64,000 nt of DNA from a virus (IMGVR_UViG_3300028886_000082:10243-74242); one strand, 5' to 3'. Positions 27,714 through 38,400 are shown, counted from the stretch's first letter. A program made the numbers and translations. The notes: a model not told the origin generated them from the letters alone.

Positions 27714-30413
27714 ATGAACGAGAAACAACAACAGCTCACATTCGACAAGGGAATCACCAATGTCCCTTCCGATATCCTATGCTCAGACAATGCGCTTGAA
27801 GAGTCCGTCGGTATGATTTATGACGATGGAGAGCATCGGGTGATACAAAAGCCAGTGGTGAAGATTACGGGGACTCCCAATATAGTTCTGTATATTCATA
27901 AGTTTGGCAACGAGCCTGATAGATATATCTGTACGGCTGGAGAAGGACAGAGTATTGTTTACGGCACAGTTTCTTCAGGAGCATATTCAACTCTTAATAA
28001 TCTCGGAAATGAAGTATATAGCGCCGCAAATACTAAAATAACTTCTATTGGCAAGACTCTGATTGTTACAAGTGCAAGTGGCATGCATTATTTCCTATGG
28101 CAACCAGGCAACGGGCAAAATCCGCCATCATACAAATATTTGGGCGACCACATTCCGGAACCATATATAAGATTTTGGCTATATGGCGATGATAAGGTCT
28201 TAACTCCGACGGAATACAACAACTGGAAATATACACAGCGGTTCGGTTTGTGGGAAATTGAAAAATTCGTATCGAGTACGGGATCGTCGTATGAGATATT
28301 GTCAAATGAAAACTACCACCCAAAGATAGATTCGTCAGATGTTTATAACGATCTCGTTGTTGGTCTTTATGCTAAAAATAAAAAGCAGATTGCTCATAAG
28401 AAGTGTTTTTGCAATCCTTTCTTTGTGCGGTATGCACTTGAAATGTACGATGGCACATACACTTATATATCCAACCCCGTACTTCTAATGCCAAGCTGCA
28501 AGCGCAACTCTTATGCGTATTGGGATTTTGAAGATAACAATCTTTCAGTTTTCACATGCTATAAGAAGCTGTTTTATCAGATGACTTTTTTGGAGGGTAC
28601 TCAACTTGCGGAGTTCAGTGATATTGTGAAAGATGTGGTGGTGTTCATAAGCGATGGCATAGAACTATACGACACTGTTTGTGACCAACCTTGCGGACAT
28701 ATCACATCCATTACCGATACCGAAGATCAACCAATTATGGCCGTTGATGGCATATATCGAGAGCTTATATCACTGAATAATCTTAGCTTATACCGTGATA
28801 AAAATTTTAGCGCAGTTTACACTGGTGGAACTTCACCGTACACCGTGTCTGTACTAAAAGAAAAGAGTGAGGATGATATCTTGAACGATATCAAGTCGGC
28901 TTCTGTATTCTATAAGATATGTAGTTTGGGCTTGAAGCAGGCTGGTAATGATTATGGAGACCTTACATCTAGGATTCCGCTTAATGTGCTTGACAATCTT
29001 ACGACGCAGGAAATTCTTCCTAACGATGATTATTTCTCTCGTAGCAAGCTATACCCAAGTTTTATCTACGCCTACAATTCAAGACTTAATCTTGCCAATG
29101 TTGCTCGTTCATTTTTTGAGGGATTTGAGTTTTTCATAGCCTTTGATAAGTCAAACGGTGATAACTATCAATACACATTTGACGTCACGATACAGACTGA
29201 CACGGGCAATGTGCATGTATGGCACAATCTTTCGCAAAGTACAAATCATGGCATAACAGTCCAAGGGGTTTATTTTTATTACCCTGATTCAAGAGCAAAA
29301 CATGTCGTTATATACAATACGACCACCGAAAAAAAAATCCTAGATGCGGATTTGGAGACGCATTCAGGGTTGAACGGAGCATTCTATATAGCAGGACTGC
29401 CAGGCTATCGAGTTAAAGATGAACCTACGGGAACACCCGTAGCCCCAGAATCTTATTCATCTCCTTCATCTCCAGCACCTGAGAAACTGCCAAACTACAT
29501 CATAACGTCAGAGGTAAACAATCCTTGGGTGTTTCAGGCAGAAGGATATAACAGAGTGGGGGTTGGAGAGATCATCGGCATGTCAACTACCACAATGGCA
29601 TTATCACAAGACCAGTTCGGAGGTACAGACCTCATTGTGTTCACCGATAACGGCATCTGGGGTATGAAGGTAGATGGCACAGGTCTCTATCAAAGCATCC
29701 ACCCGTTCAGCCGTGAGGTGTGCAACAATCCAAAGTCCATCACGCAGACCGACGGAGCCGTGTTCTTCTCATCCGAAAAAGGGCTGATGATAGCATGGGA
29801 CGGTGGAGTGAAGTGTGTCAGCGAACAACTTAACGGAAAGGAGTCGCTGTTTTCGGGAGAAGTAGGGATGGGCAACTTCCGCAACTACATGGAAGATTGC
29901 TTTATCGCATACGACTATAGGGATTCGTTATTGTGGATATTCAACAAAAACCGTTTGTTCAATAGCAACTACTGTTATGTCTATTCCATTAAGACGGGGA
30001 CATTTGGAAAATACAAGTTCGATACCAGCATTACAAATATAGTAAACGACTATCCAGACTTCCTTCTGCAGACGGGAGGAACTTTGCTTTCATTGACGGG
30101 AAGAACAAATATCAATCTGGATGAAAATGATGATTACTTGGGGCTTATGATTACCCGTCCTATGAAGCTGGAAAACGGACTTGCCTTGAAGAGCATCATG
30201 CAGATTAGGAATATCAGCTATATGGAAGGTTCAATGACGCTCCGCATCTTTGCCAGCAACAACCTCAACGATTGGGTGGAACTCCATTCGCTGAGAGGCA
30301 TGCCTTGGAAATACTACCGCTTCCGATACGACCTGTCTGACATGAAGGCCACAGACAGATTCGGAGGCTCCGTGCTTATCACTCAGGAACGTAGAACAAA
30401 TAAACTCAGATAG
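27714..30413 (+). CDS. tail hub/DNA-stabilisation protein (P22 gp10-like) with variable central insert
   Basis: LTFDKGITNVP N-terminus, SEVNNPWVF, LIVFTDNGIW, SITQTDGAVFFSSEKGL beta-propeller-like C-terminus. Confidence 0.6.
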   Translation: MNEKQQQLTFDKGITNVPSDILCSDNALEESVGMIYDDGEHRVIQKPVVKITGTPNIVLYIHKFGNEPDRYICTAGEGQSIVYGTVSSGAYSTLNNLGNEVYSAANTKITSIGKTLIVTSASGMHYFLWQPGNGQNPPSYKYLGDHIPEPYIRFWLYGDDKVLTPTEYNNWKYTQRFGLWEIEKFVSSTGSSYEILSNENYHPKIDSSDVYNDLVVGLYAKNKKQIAHKKCFCNPFFVRYALEMYDGTYTYISNPVLLMPSCKRNSYAYWDFEDNNLSVFTCYKKLFYQMTFLEGTQLAEFSDIVKDVVVFISDGIELYDTVCDQPCGHITSITDTEDQPIMAVDGIYRELISLNNLSLYRDKNFSAVYTGGTSPYTVSVLKEKSEDDILNDIKSASVFYKICSLGLKQAGNDYGDLTSRIPLNVLDNLTTQEILPNDDYFSRSKLYPSFIYAYNSRLNLANVARSFFEGFEFFIAFDKSNGDNYQYTFDVTIQTDTGNVHVWHNLSQSTNHGITVQGVYFYYPDSRAKHVVIYNTTTEKKILDADLETHSGLNGAFYIAGLPGYRVKDEPTGTPVAPESYSSPSSPAPEKLPNYIITSEVNNPWVFQAEGYNRVGVGEIIGMSTTTMALSQDQFGGTDLIVFTDNGIWGMKVDGTGLYQSIHPFSREVCNNPKSITQTDGAVFFSSEKGLMIAWDGGVKCVSEQLNGKESLFSGEVGMGNFRNYMEDCFIAYDYRDSLLWIFNKNRLFNSNYCYVYSIKTGTFGKYKFDTSITNIVNDYPDFLLQTGGTLLSLTGRTNINLDENDDYLGLMITRPMKLENGLALKSIMQIRNISYMEGSMTLRIFASNNLNDWVELHSLRGMPWKYYRFRYDLSDMKATDRFGGSVLITQERRTNKLR

Positions 30414-30417
30414 GATT

Positions 30418-31134
30418 ATGACATACAATTGGACAACTTTCAATTTGCAGGATGCGCTTTCGGGGACTCTTGTAGGATTTCGTCAGACAAATGAATACGA
30501 CCTTTCAAAGACTGGCGTGTTTGAGCGCAACATGAATAAAGTACCCAATTACAAGGTGGTAATTGGTGGTGTGGTACTTGGTGTGAATAAAAATGGTGTT
30601 ATAGAAACGTCGCAACCGACATCAGCATATATAGGTCAAACCCTCCAAATGGTCACAGCCGAAATGGGTGACTATGGAGCCGTTGGCCGAAGTCTGACAC
30701 GTTCCTCCGGGTCATCGGGCGAAGGATTTAACGATGTAGCTGTTTTGGCTAACATCGAACCACGAGACCAGTTTGCCGTACAAGTACTGAATGCCATACT
30801 TATCCACACAGACCATCCGGAATCATTCGACGATGCCAAGTGCTTGATGTATAGCCGTGCTGCATACCGTTGGGCACAGGCCATGATGATTGCCGCAGCT
30901 GACTCACGCGATGGCGAGAGCACTACACAAAGCACTGCTGTTGATGTGAATTCAGGCGACTTACAGAGTAACACCGAAAAGCTGCTCTATAACATCGGAC
31001 AGTATCTAAAGGAAGGTGTTTCAATCAAAGGTTCTACGGAGTTTGGCGCGTCTCCCGTTCAAACGAGAATATTGGAAATGCCAACCGTGACGCTTGAAGA
31101 CGCTCCCTCTGAACCGGGTGGGGAAAATACATAA
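30418..31134 (+). CDS. hypothetical protein
   Basis: 238-aa ORF ending the portal operon. Confidence 0.7.
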   Translation: MTYNWTTFNLQDALSGTLVGFRQTNEYDLSKTGVFERNMNKVPNYKVVIGGVVLGVNKNGVIETSQPTSAYIGQTLQMVTAEMGDYGAVGRSLTRSSGSSGEGFNDVAVLANIEPRDQFAVQVLNAILIHTDHPESFDDAKCLMYSRAAYRWAQAMMIAAADSRDGESTTQSTAVDVNSGDLQSNTEKLLYNIGQYLKEGVSIKGSTEFGASPVQTRILEMPTVTLEDAPSEPGGENT

Positions 31135-31149
31135 AAGAAGAGGAAGAAA

Positions 31150-31509
31150 CTAATCTTCCTCTTCTCTCTTCAATGGTAAAGGTTCCGGCTTCACTTCCTC
31201 ATATGGCGTGTAGGCTCCCTTGTCTTGCAAAGGTATTCTGCTTCTTACCAATGCCTGCAGGTCGTCACGGTCTTTCTGTCTGCTGATGTTGATGTTGATC
31301 TCGCTCTGCTTCACGATACCCATCTTTACCGACTCCAGGTATAGCTTTGCCCACTGAACGGGCGCATTCTCGCGTATCAATTCCATCGTCTCGCTAAACA
31401 ATGAAAAGTTCTCTTCCGTCCAATTGGCCATCATCCCCTGAACAGTGTCCGACAACTTGGCTACTGCTCTCGAACCTCGGTTCCTTCTGACATCTTTTCC
31501 AACATCCAT
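31150..31509 (-). CDS. hypothetical protein (possible small terminase subunit)
   Basis: Small helical protein; function inferred only from size and the absence of another terS candidate. Confidence 0.55.
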   Translation of the reverse strand: MDVGKDVRRNRGSRAVAKLSDTVQGMMANWTEENFSLFSETMELIRENAPVQWAKLYLESVKMGIVKQSEININISRQKDRDDLQALVRSRIPLQDKGAYTPYEEVKPEPLPLKREEED

Positions 31510-31997
31510 TTCTTTCTCTCCTTACTCTTTTTGCGATTTTTCTCACGGGTGTTAACGTATGATGGCAGCTTAGCATCTATCACCTTTCCGTTTTCATCGA
31601 ACACGCCATTCTTGATAAAACCCCTGATGATGCTCCCTCTTATCGGACTGATAAAGAACTTGGGCGCAGGCTGTATCACTGCAAACTTCATGATGTAGCT
31701 TAGGCTCTTGCCTATAAACTCACGCTTCTCCGACAACTCCTGCACCACCTTGAACAGAGAGTAGTACATTTCCCGTCTCAGGGGAAGCATCATATCCACC
31801 CTGCTAAAATCACCCTTCACCATCAATGCAATGTTCTGACTGGCTTGCCGGGGCGAGATGTAGTAGCGTGGGGCTGGTTCATTGACCATGCGCTCGTAGG
31901 CCTGATGTTGCGACCAGCAATTGCCGCATACGCGCTTGTAAGCGGCTATGAGGTCTTGCTGCATCTGCTTCGATATGTCGTAATTCACTTTGCCCAT
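31461..31997 (-). CDS. two-repeat hypothetical protein (candidate late transcription regulator)
   Basis: Internal duplication PAPRYYISP / PAPKFFISP; basic C-terminus. Confidence 0.7.
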   Translation of the reverse strand: MGKVNYDISKQMQQDLIAAYKRVCGNCWSQHQAYERMVNEPAPRYYISPRQASQNIALMVKGDFSRVDMMLPLRREMYYSLFKVVQELSEKREFIGKSLSYIMKFAVIQPAPKFFISPIRGSIIRGFIKNGVFDENGKVIDAKLPSYVNTREKNRKKSKERKKWMLEKMSEGTEVREQ

Positions 31998-32115
31998 GAT
32001 GCAAAATTACGGAAAATGTTCCGTTTATGAGCATTTCACGACTTTACACTATTAAAGACTAACAAAGATTGGTAATGATTATAGTCCGTTTCCGATTATC
32101 GGCCGCCGCAGGATT

Positions 32116-32155
32116 TCGGAATCGGAATAACCAATAGACCAATATGATATATTTG
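32116..32155 (+). promoter_or_regulatory. late promoter of the tail-fibre operon
   Basis: TCGGAATCGGA-N21-TATATTTG, 22 nt upstream of the ATG at 32178. Confidence 0.75.
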
Positions 32156-32177
32156 CGTGCAATAAAACGTTTTATTT

Positions 32178-33365
32178 ATGCCTACATTTAGAGAAGATTT
32201 ACACTTAGGTCATGAGGTTGCCCTTTGGGAAACTGATGACATAAGGGATAGGGCGATAACCTCACAGAAGATTGCGCTAAAGGCCATCATAACCGAGCTT
32301 ATTGCCGACCTTGCCGTGACTACAGAGAAGTTGGCCAACTTATCGGTAACTACCCCGAAGATAGCAGAACTTGCCGTAGTAACATCAAAGCTTGCCGAAC
32401 TAGCAGTAACCACCGAGAAGGTTGCTGAGCAGGCTATTACCACAGAGAAGATTCACGACCTTGCGGTTGTCACCGAGAAAATCGCTGAACTCGCTGTTAC
32501 TACGGGAAAGATTGCTGATTTGGCGGTGACTACAGAGAAACTGGCAGACGGGGCCGTGACCAATGAGAAAATTCATGATCTTACTATTAGTTGGCTAAAG
32601 CTTGACGCTGACCTTCAAAACATTATTGCTTCGAGAGAAGAAGGTGGCGTAGCCCTCAGTAATGAGTGGGGAAACAGCACTTTGATTGGCCTTACCCAGA
32701 AGATGCTATCAGAGGCTTTAGGCAATGTGCATAAGGATGGAAACAACTTCATTTCACTACAGCAGCAGATAGACCAGATAGTATCTGGTGGCGCAACAGT
32801 TAATCTTACTGCAAGCCCGACTACAGTATTCGTAGGAGTACATCGCAATATTACTTTGAATGCTACTACCAATGCTCAGGCTTCAAGTATCAAGATATTC
32901 AAGAATGGCGTCGCCTCTCCTATTGCTACAGGAAGTGGCACAAGCAAGTCATATACAGATGCTATTACACCAGCAGCAAGAGGCAATTCCCAGTATTATG
33001 CGGAGTTCGTGATAAGCGGTATTGCAAAGAGATACCCCACAAGCGGTTTTGTCAATGTACAGGCTGTGGATAAGATATACACAGGTGCTGGTGCTACTTA
33101 TGGTGATACTACAATGGTTGAAGAGACCAGCCCGCATGCAGCAGGAACATTCAACAAGCAGATTTCCACTGCTGATGGTGACTATCTGTTTATTGAGGTA
33201 CCCGACAATTTCAACCTTACAAGTATTAAACTTGTAAGCACTTATGAGACAAGCCTTGCATTCACTCAGATTGAATCTACAAGGACCGGCTATAAGGCTT
33301 ATAAGAATGATGAGCCAAGAGGTGCTGGTACATACACATATAAATTCACTATTGCTAACGCTTAA
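32178..33365 (+). CDS. tail fibre-associated protein with 10-aa repeats
   Basis: About nine LAVTTEKIA(D/E)-type repeats, then beta-rich domains. Confidence 0.75.
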   Translation: MPTFREDLHLGHEVALWETDDIRDRAITSQKIALKAIITELIADLAVTTEKLANLSVTTPKIAELAVVTSKLAELAVTTEKVAEQAITTEKIHDLAVVTEKIAELAVTTGKIADLAVTTEKLADGAVTNEKIHDLTISWLKLDADLQNIIASREEGGVALSNEWGNSTLIGLTQKMLSEALGNVHKDGNNFISLQQQIDQIVSGGATVNLTASPTTVFVGVHRNITLNATTNAQASSIKIFKNGVASPIATGSGTSKSYTDAITPAARGNSQYYAEFVISGIAKRYPTSGFVNVQAVDKIYTGAGATYGDTTMVEETSPHAAGTFNKQISTADGDYLFIEVPDNFNLTSIKLVSTYETSLAFTQIESTRTGYKAYKNDEPRGAGTYTYKFTIANA

Positions 33366-33377
33366 AGAATAGAAGAT

Positions 33378-36300
33378 ATGGCAGATATATTTGAAATAGC
33401 AGGTAGAATACATTCTACAAGTCAGGAAGAAGTTACTACTGTAGCTGGTGAGATACTTGACGAAAACAAGGGCATGAAGCAGAGTCAGATAAACACTGAA
33501 ACTGATGCTGCACTTGATGATAGATATACAAAGGAACAAACTTACAGCAAATCTGAGCTTAATAACTTAATTACTACTCCGAATCAGCAGTATGTAAACG
33601 TTACAGCAAATTCTCAGACTACTGCTGTTACAGATGTGCTACCTGCTACTGGCGAGGCTGATACTACTTACCGTGTTGGTAACTGGGATGGAACGCAATA
33701 TAATGATTCTGTATTTAGCGAGTATGCTTGGAATGGCAGTGCTTATATAAAGCTTAGTACGAAATCACAGGTAGGAGAGGTTTACGATATTTCAGCAAAT
33801 CATGCTGATACTAAGTATGCCGATCTTGCTGCAGCTCTTAATGGCGGTGCTAATATTCCTCAGTCACTTCAGAAGGGTGGAATGTCAGTTAAATATGTAT
33901 GTAGTTATGACAATAAGTATGTGCAGTATAGGTTGACAAAAGATACATGGTCAACTACTGTTAGCGATTGGCAGGGTATAGACGATATTGTAGATAACCT
34001 GAACTACATTAATAATATAGTCAGATTTAAGGTAGGTAGTCTTAATTCAGAAACAGGTGCTGAGGTTGTTGTAAATACAAGAGCAAGGACGGCATTTATC
34101 AAATCACCGTTTATTTTAGAATTGAATGAGGGATATAAGATTCAAATGATATGCAAGTATCAACAGAATCCTGATGGTACTACTACATTTATTGATTTAT
34201 CTGGTGTCAGAAGCAATCTTACTAAATACTTTGGTACTTCTGATGATGGTTATGTATATCGCCTGACAGTTTCCAAGGATGTTGCGACAGATACTATTTC
34301 AGAAAGTGACCTTAATGATATTATCAAGACATTCAAGTCATGTGTTGTGTTTGAAGACACCAATAATCTGTTGGGTCTTGCAGGCAAGAAAGTGTCTGTA
34401 TGCGGTGCATCCAATGAATGCTTTGAAGGAGTGTCTGTTGGAAGAAGTTTAAGATATTATCCTGGAAGCAATATAGTCGGTGATATGGATAACACCTATT
34501 GGGGCATGCTGATTAAAACCTGTGGTGCTGTTTTAGAAGAGAATATTAGTGTTGGCAGTTCTGGTGTTACGGATAATGAATACTATCATCAGAATTGTTT
34601 CAGAAAGAGAGTTGCAAACGGTGGTCTTGGTAGTCCTGATGTCGTGCTTCTTGGCGGTGGTCAGAATGAGCCTCCTATCGGTGATGAAGAAGGACAGATG
34701 CAAGTTGGCACTTTTGACCCCACGAAGCCAACCGAGGAACTTAACCTCTATGAGTTCTGTGATGCCTATGATAATCTTATCAGACTTATCAATAGTGAGT
34801 GCAGTAATCCTCGTATTATTATCTACATTCATCCTAAAACTGATTACAGGCTTGCCTCTGTAATGACAGGTATCGGCCGTTATTATGGTGCTGATATTAT
34901 CAATGCAGTTTCTCAACTTGATAAGTTTGAGTTATTGCAAGAAGTGGGTATTTCACCTAGTCATTATACTCAGCATGATATGACGCTTGTGTACAATCTT
35001 ATTGTCAACACTCTGCTTGAAAAAGGCAAGCATATACAGAGTGTGTATGGTACTAATGGTAAGGTGAGTGAACTGTATTTTGAAGGCATTGATACAACAA
35101 AACACTATAGTTTCCAACAGTTGAGATATGTCAGTGGTACGGGTGTACGTATATTTATCAAAGATGAGTATGGAGAGACTTTGAGCAACACAACAATTGC
35201 ACAACTTAATCATAATGTGAATGCTCTCAATATGCCAGAAGGTATGAAGGGTTATATTACCCTGAATATGACGGAGGATGACACTATTGATATTCAGGCT
35301 ACCATCAATAATGACATTGCAACCTCACTTGACGAGAATCCTTCCATCCATGCTTTTCTGATTGAGAACGGTATTATCCCTGTCATACAAGACAATAAAG
35401 CTGACAAAGGTGGTATAACATGGATTAACAGAGTCATCATTAGAAGTAACGGCCTTCTTGGAAATTATAATTCTGATACTATATTCACAAGTGGTCTTTT
35501 ACTCATAGACAAAAGTGAGGATATTAAAGTTAAGAATGGCTGGTATAACAAAGATAATGCTATTGTGCCACTTTATTTTTATGACGAGAATGGTATTGCT
35601 ATTTCTGGCTATCTGGATGACCTTAGTGACCCGACAACTGGTAGAAAGAGTTTCACTATTCAGAAAGATAACATTCCTGCTAATGCCAAGTACATTAGGA
35701 TTTGCTCTAATTACGGCTCTACTGTTGGATATGCTGATGTATTAAGTGGTATTAGTCTCTACTCTGTTGCTAATGAAGTTTTTAAAATCAGTAGAAAGAA
35801 TACAAAACGGGAGAGCACTAATGAGTATGAATTGTATGGTGAGGAAACGTTCAATGAGCATTATTATATCAACTCTACGTCAGGGGCAATTACAGGTAGC
35901 AACAATTATATTGCCACACCGTTCTTAAACATCAAAGGTGCTGCGAGTCTTGAGGTTGCACTGTTTTTCAATAGTGTCACCTCTAACAATAACGGTCTTG
36001 GATTTTATGATAAGGACAAGAATTTTATCAGCGGAGTAGCTAACCACGATACAGTGCCTTATGCTGTCTTAACGATTAATGTCCCGCAGAACGCTGAGTA
36101 TATCGCAGTATGTATGCCTACAGAAAATAATAGTTTCTACAGTTATAATACATCTGTGAATGGTGTTCCATGCTATATCAAAGTGAATTACAGATATGTA
36201 GAAAAGAGAGGTTTTACAGAAGGGAACTTTGACACTCAGGGTTCATATACAACTCCGTCATCTACTTATAATAATAATACAGGGCAGATAAATATATCTG

Positions 36301-38096
36301 AAGGAGAGGTTCTGGAATACAGAGCATTTTCTAATCTTAATGACGTAATTGCTGTAATATATGACGATAACAATAACATACTGTTGCAAGGAACTAATCT
36401 TGTAAGTAGAGGTATTATACATGAAACGCTTGTTGCTCCAGCAGGCGCATCCTATGCCATTGTATATACAAGAAATACATCTTGGTCATTTACTCCAGCG
36501 AATTTCATTCCTCTTGCAAAGATATACAGGAAAAGATATGGCAGGAATATTGATATAGATGCCTTTGATGAAGCTATCGCGGAAATGAGAAAAGGAACTC
36601 TTTCTGAGGCTCAGGAGAAGAAGATTGAAGATATGGTATTTGGTAATAACGCTGATTTTGAGAATGCGAGTGTTATTGACTATAATCCTCCTGTTGTTGC
36701 TTCTGTTAGCAGCGATGATGCTCTTGAAGGGTATATTCAGCATACTCCAAATAGCGTTGTCAGTCAAGGCGGCTTCTTCTCTCGTCTCTATCCTGTATGT
36801 GAGACTGCTGGTCAGATTCCTTCTTGTGAGGCTGTAGAGTACCAAAGAGTCGTAGATGATGTGGAGTCAGGAATGATTAACAATGCAGGCAAGGCTATGA
36901 GGGCTTTGTGTGTCGCAAAGGGTTGGGAGGCAATGAACCACTCAATGACAGCAAGGTTTACTGCTGCTTATGCTTTTGATACTTTTGCTGATGCTATGAC
37001 TGCTGTAAGTAATCATACCATCAATCCTGTCGGAGAGGGTGTTAAGAGTAATGGAACAACTCATATTTATATCAGAGATAGGAAAGCCAATTATTACTAC
37101 ACAAAGGCTGCTGGTACTTATAGTACTGACGCTTCTGACTGGCTGATTGTTCCTTATCAGTATATTAAGCCTAAGTTGTGGAATACATCTGGCACCTATA
37201 TCTCCCTTAATCCTACATATCCTTATGACTATCAGACAAGGGTTGCACAAAAGAGAATAAGTGAGGTTCTTGATACTTCCGTAGAAACTTATGTAGCTGC
37301 AAGTGATTCCAATTCTTATAAATTGAGAAAATATGCTTTAACAACACATAAGCAGTCTGTATTCAGTGCAACTCGTTCAGACATAGACTTCACTTACAAA
37401 AACGGTATTGTAAAAATGCCTCTTGTATCAAATATTGCTCGTATAGGTGGCTATGACTTAGGGGAGGATTCAAGGATTGTAGTTGCAAGTAATACTGAAT
37501 ACAATACATGGAAAGACAAGTTTGATGAGCTTGTAAGACGTGGGACAAAGGCTTTTATAAACGCTTTCCACATCTACAGATATTGCTGGGAGAATAGGGT
37601 TCCTGATGATGCAGATGTTCCTACTGCTGCAAAGGTTGATACTGTCAGCGGTGGTACTTATCCTGAGTCTTGGATTCTTCCTGTCAGAAAGCCACAAGAC
37701 TTTCCTGATGATTTCCTTCCACCACATCCTAATACAGGTCTTGATAGATGGGGTTCTTTCACCATGCAAGATGATGGAAGTATTGTTGACGAAGCAGGTG
37801 TTAAGGTGATGGATGAGAACGGTGACTTTGTTCAGTATTCCACTACTTGTTGGATGCCGTGCTATGGCACAAGATTGTTCCAGTTCTGGAGATTCCTCTT
37901 GTATATTCATTCAACAGGTGTTGAGTTTATGACTATAAGGGATAATGTGGCAAGGCTTTATAACAGGCTTTCTGTTGGAAGCTTCCCTTATGCCTACAAT
38001 AACGCAGCATTCAAAGTTTCTGATGAGCCTGCTGATATGTCATACTACTTTATAGGTGCTGATGGCAGTAAGTTGTACCATAAGGCAACTTTATAA
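33378..38096 (+). CDS. tail spike/receptor-binding protein with SGNH-like and polysaccharide-deacetylase-like domains
   Basis: VSVCGASN, VLLGGGQNE, SPSHY (SGNH blocks); GWEAMNHSMT in the C-terminal part; AT-rich. Confidence 0.65.
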   Translation: MADIFEIAGRIHSTSQEEVTTVAGEILDENKGMKQSQINTETDAALDDRYTKEQTYSKSELNNLITTPNQQYVNVTANSQTTAVTDVLPATGEADTTYRVGNWDGTQYNDSVFSEYAWNGSAYIKLSTKSQVGEVYDISANHADTKYADLAAALNGGANIPQSLQKGGMSVKYVCSYDNKYVQYRLTKDTWSTTVSDWQGIDDIVDNLNYINNIVRFKVGSLNSETGAEVVVNTRARTAFIKSPFILELNEGYKIQMICKYQQNPDGTTTFIDLSGVRSNLTKYFGTSDDGYVYRLTVSKDVATDTISESDLNDIIKTFKSCVVFEDTNNLLGLAGKKVSVCGASNECFEGVSVGRSLRYYPGSNIVGDMDNTYWGMLIKTCGAVLEENISVGSSGVTDNEYYHQNCFRKRVANGGLGSPDVVLLGGGQNEPPIGDEEGQMQVGTFDPTKPTEELNLYEFCDAYDNLIRLINSECSNPRIIIYIHPKTDYRLASVMTGIGRYYGADIINAVSQLDKFELLQEVGISPSHYTQHDMTLVYNLIVNTLLEKGKHIQSVYGTNGKVSELYFEGIDTTKHYSFQQLRYVSGTGVRIFIKDEYGETLSNTTIAQLNHNVNALNMPEGMKGYITLNMTEDDTIDIQATINNDIATSLDENPSIHAFLIENGIIPVIQDNKADKGGITWINRVIIRSNGLLGNYNSDTIFTSGLLLIDKSEDIKVKNGWYNKDNAIVPLYFYDENGIAISGYLDDLSDPTTGRKSFTIQKDNIPANAKYIRICSNYGSTVGYADVLSGISLYSVANEVFKISRKNTKRESTNEYELYGEETFNEHYYINSTSGAITGSNNYIATPFLNIKGAASLEVALFFNSVTSNNNGLGFYDKDKNFISGVANHDTVPYAVLTINVPQNAEYIAVCMPTENNSFYSYNTSVNGVPCYIKVNYRYVEKRGFTEGNFDTQGSYTTPSSTYNNNTGQINISEGEVLEYRAFSNLNDVIAVIYDDNNNILLQGTNLVSRGIIHETLVAPAGASYAIVYTRNTSWSFTPANFIPLAKIYRKRYGRNIDIDAFDEAIAEMRKGTLSEAQEKKIEDMVFGNNADFENASVIDYNPPVVASVSSDDALEGYIQHTPNSVVSQGGFFSRLYPVCETAGQIPSCEAVEYQRVVDDVESGMINNAGKAMRALCVAKGWEAMNHSMTARFTAAYAFDTFADAMTAVSNHTINPVGEGVKSNGTTHIYIRDRKANYYYTKAAGTYSTDASDWLIVPYQYIKPKLWNTSGTYISLNPTYPYDYQTRVAQKRISEVLDTSVETYVAASDSNSYKLRKYALTTHKQSVFSATRSDIDFTYKNGIVKMPLVSNIARIGGYDLGEDSRIVVASNTEYNTWKDKFDELVRRGTKAFINAFHIYRYCWENRVPDDADVPTAAKVDTVSGGTYPESWILPVRKPQDFPDDFLPPHPNTGLDRWGSFTMQDDGSIVDEAGVKVMDENGDFVQYSTTCWMPCYGTRLFQFWRFLLYIHSTGVEFMTIRDNVARLYNRLSVGSFPYAYNNAAFKVSDEPADMSYYFIGADGSKLYHKATL

Positions 38097-38195
38097 ATAC
38101 TTCTTGTAATAAGTAGGTACAAAAAGACAACAGGTTTTTTCATAAAGTAATATTGTTTTAGGTTAGTTAGTTATTTAAGTATTTGTTTAGTGAGG

Positions 38196-38230
38196 GCAGT
38201 CTGCATGAGAATGTAGGCTGCTTTTATTTT
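38196..38230 (+). terminator. intrinsic terminator of the tail operon
   Basis: GCAGTCTGCAT-GAGA-ATGTAGGCTGC followed by TTTTATTTT. Confidence 0.8.
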
Positions 38231-38238
38231 AACCATAC

Positions 38239-38322
38239 AAAAAGGGGAGACCTCAGCCTCCCCACTACAAATACTAATCTATAGAGAGCTGCTGCCCTCG
38301 TATATATGATAGCACCAGAATG
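38239..38322 (-). ncRNA. candidate small RNA (~85 nt)
   Basis: TACCTTTG at 38336-38329 and terminator GGGGAG-loop-CTCCCC-TTTTT at about 38263-38239, with no ATG-initiated ORF between. Confidence 0.4.
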
Positions 38323-38400
38323 CAGATGCAAAGGTAAAGAAAATCGGGACAAGTTGTATCAACTGCCCCGAAATCTTAGGATTATTTAAGGATTACTTTT

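Noticed and set aside
32002-32095. Late-motif promoter for the 31997 minus-strand gene
   Set aside because: Neither the full (32085) nor the partial (32020) motif copy is 21 nt from the TAATTTTG box, so it was not counted among the four instances.
32250-32580. CRISPR array
   Set aside because: Degenerate in-frame 30-bp coding repeats with no spacers; no cas genes in the window.
33378-38096. DGR target (variable repeat in the tail protein)
   Set aside because: No reverse transcriptase in the window and no template/variable repeat pair noticed.
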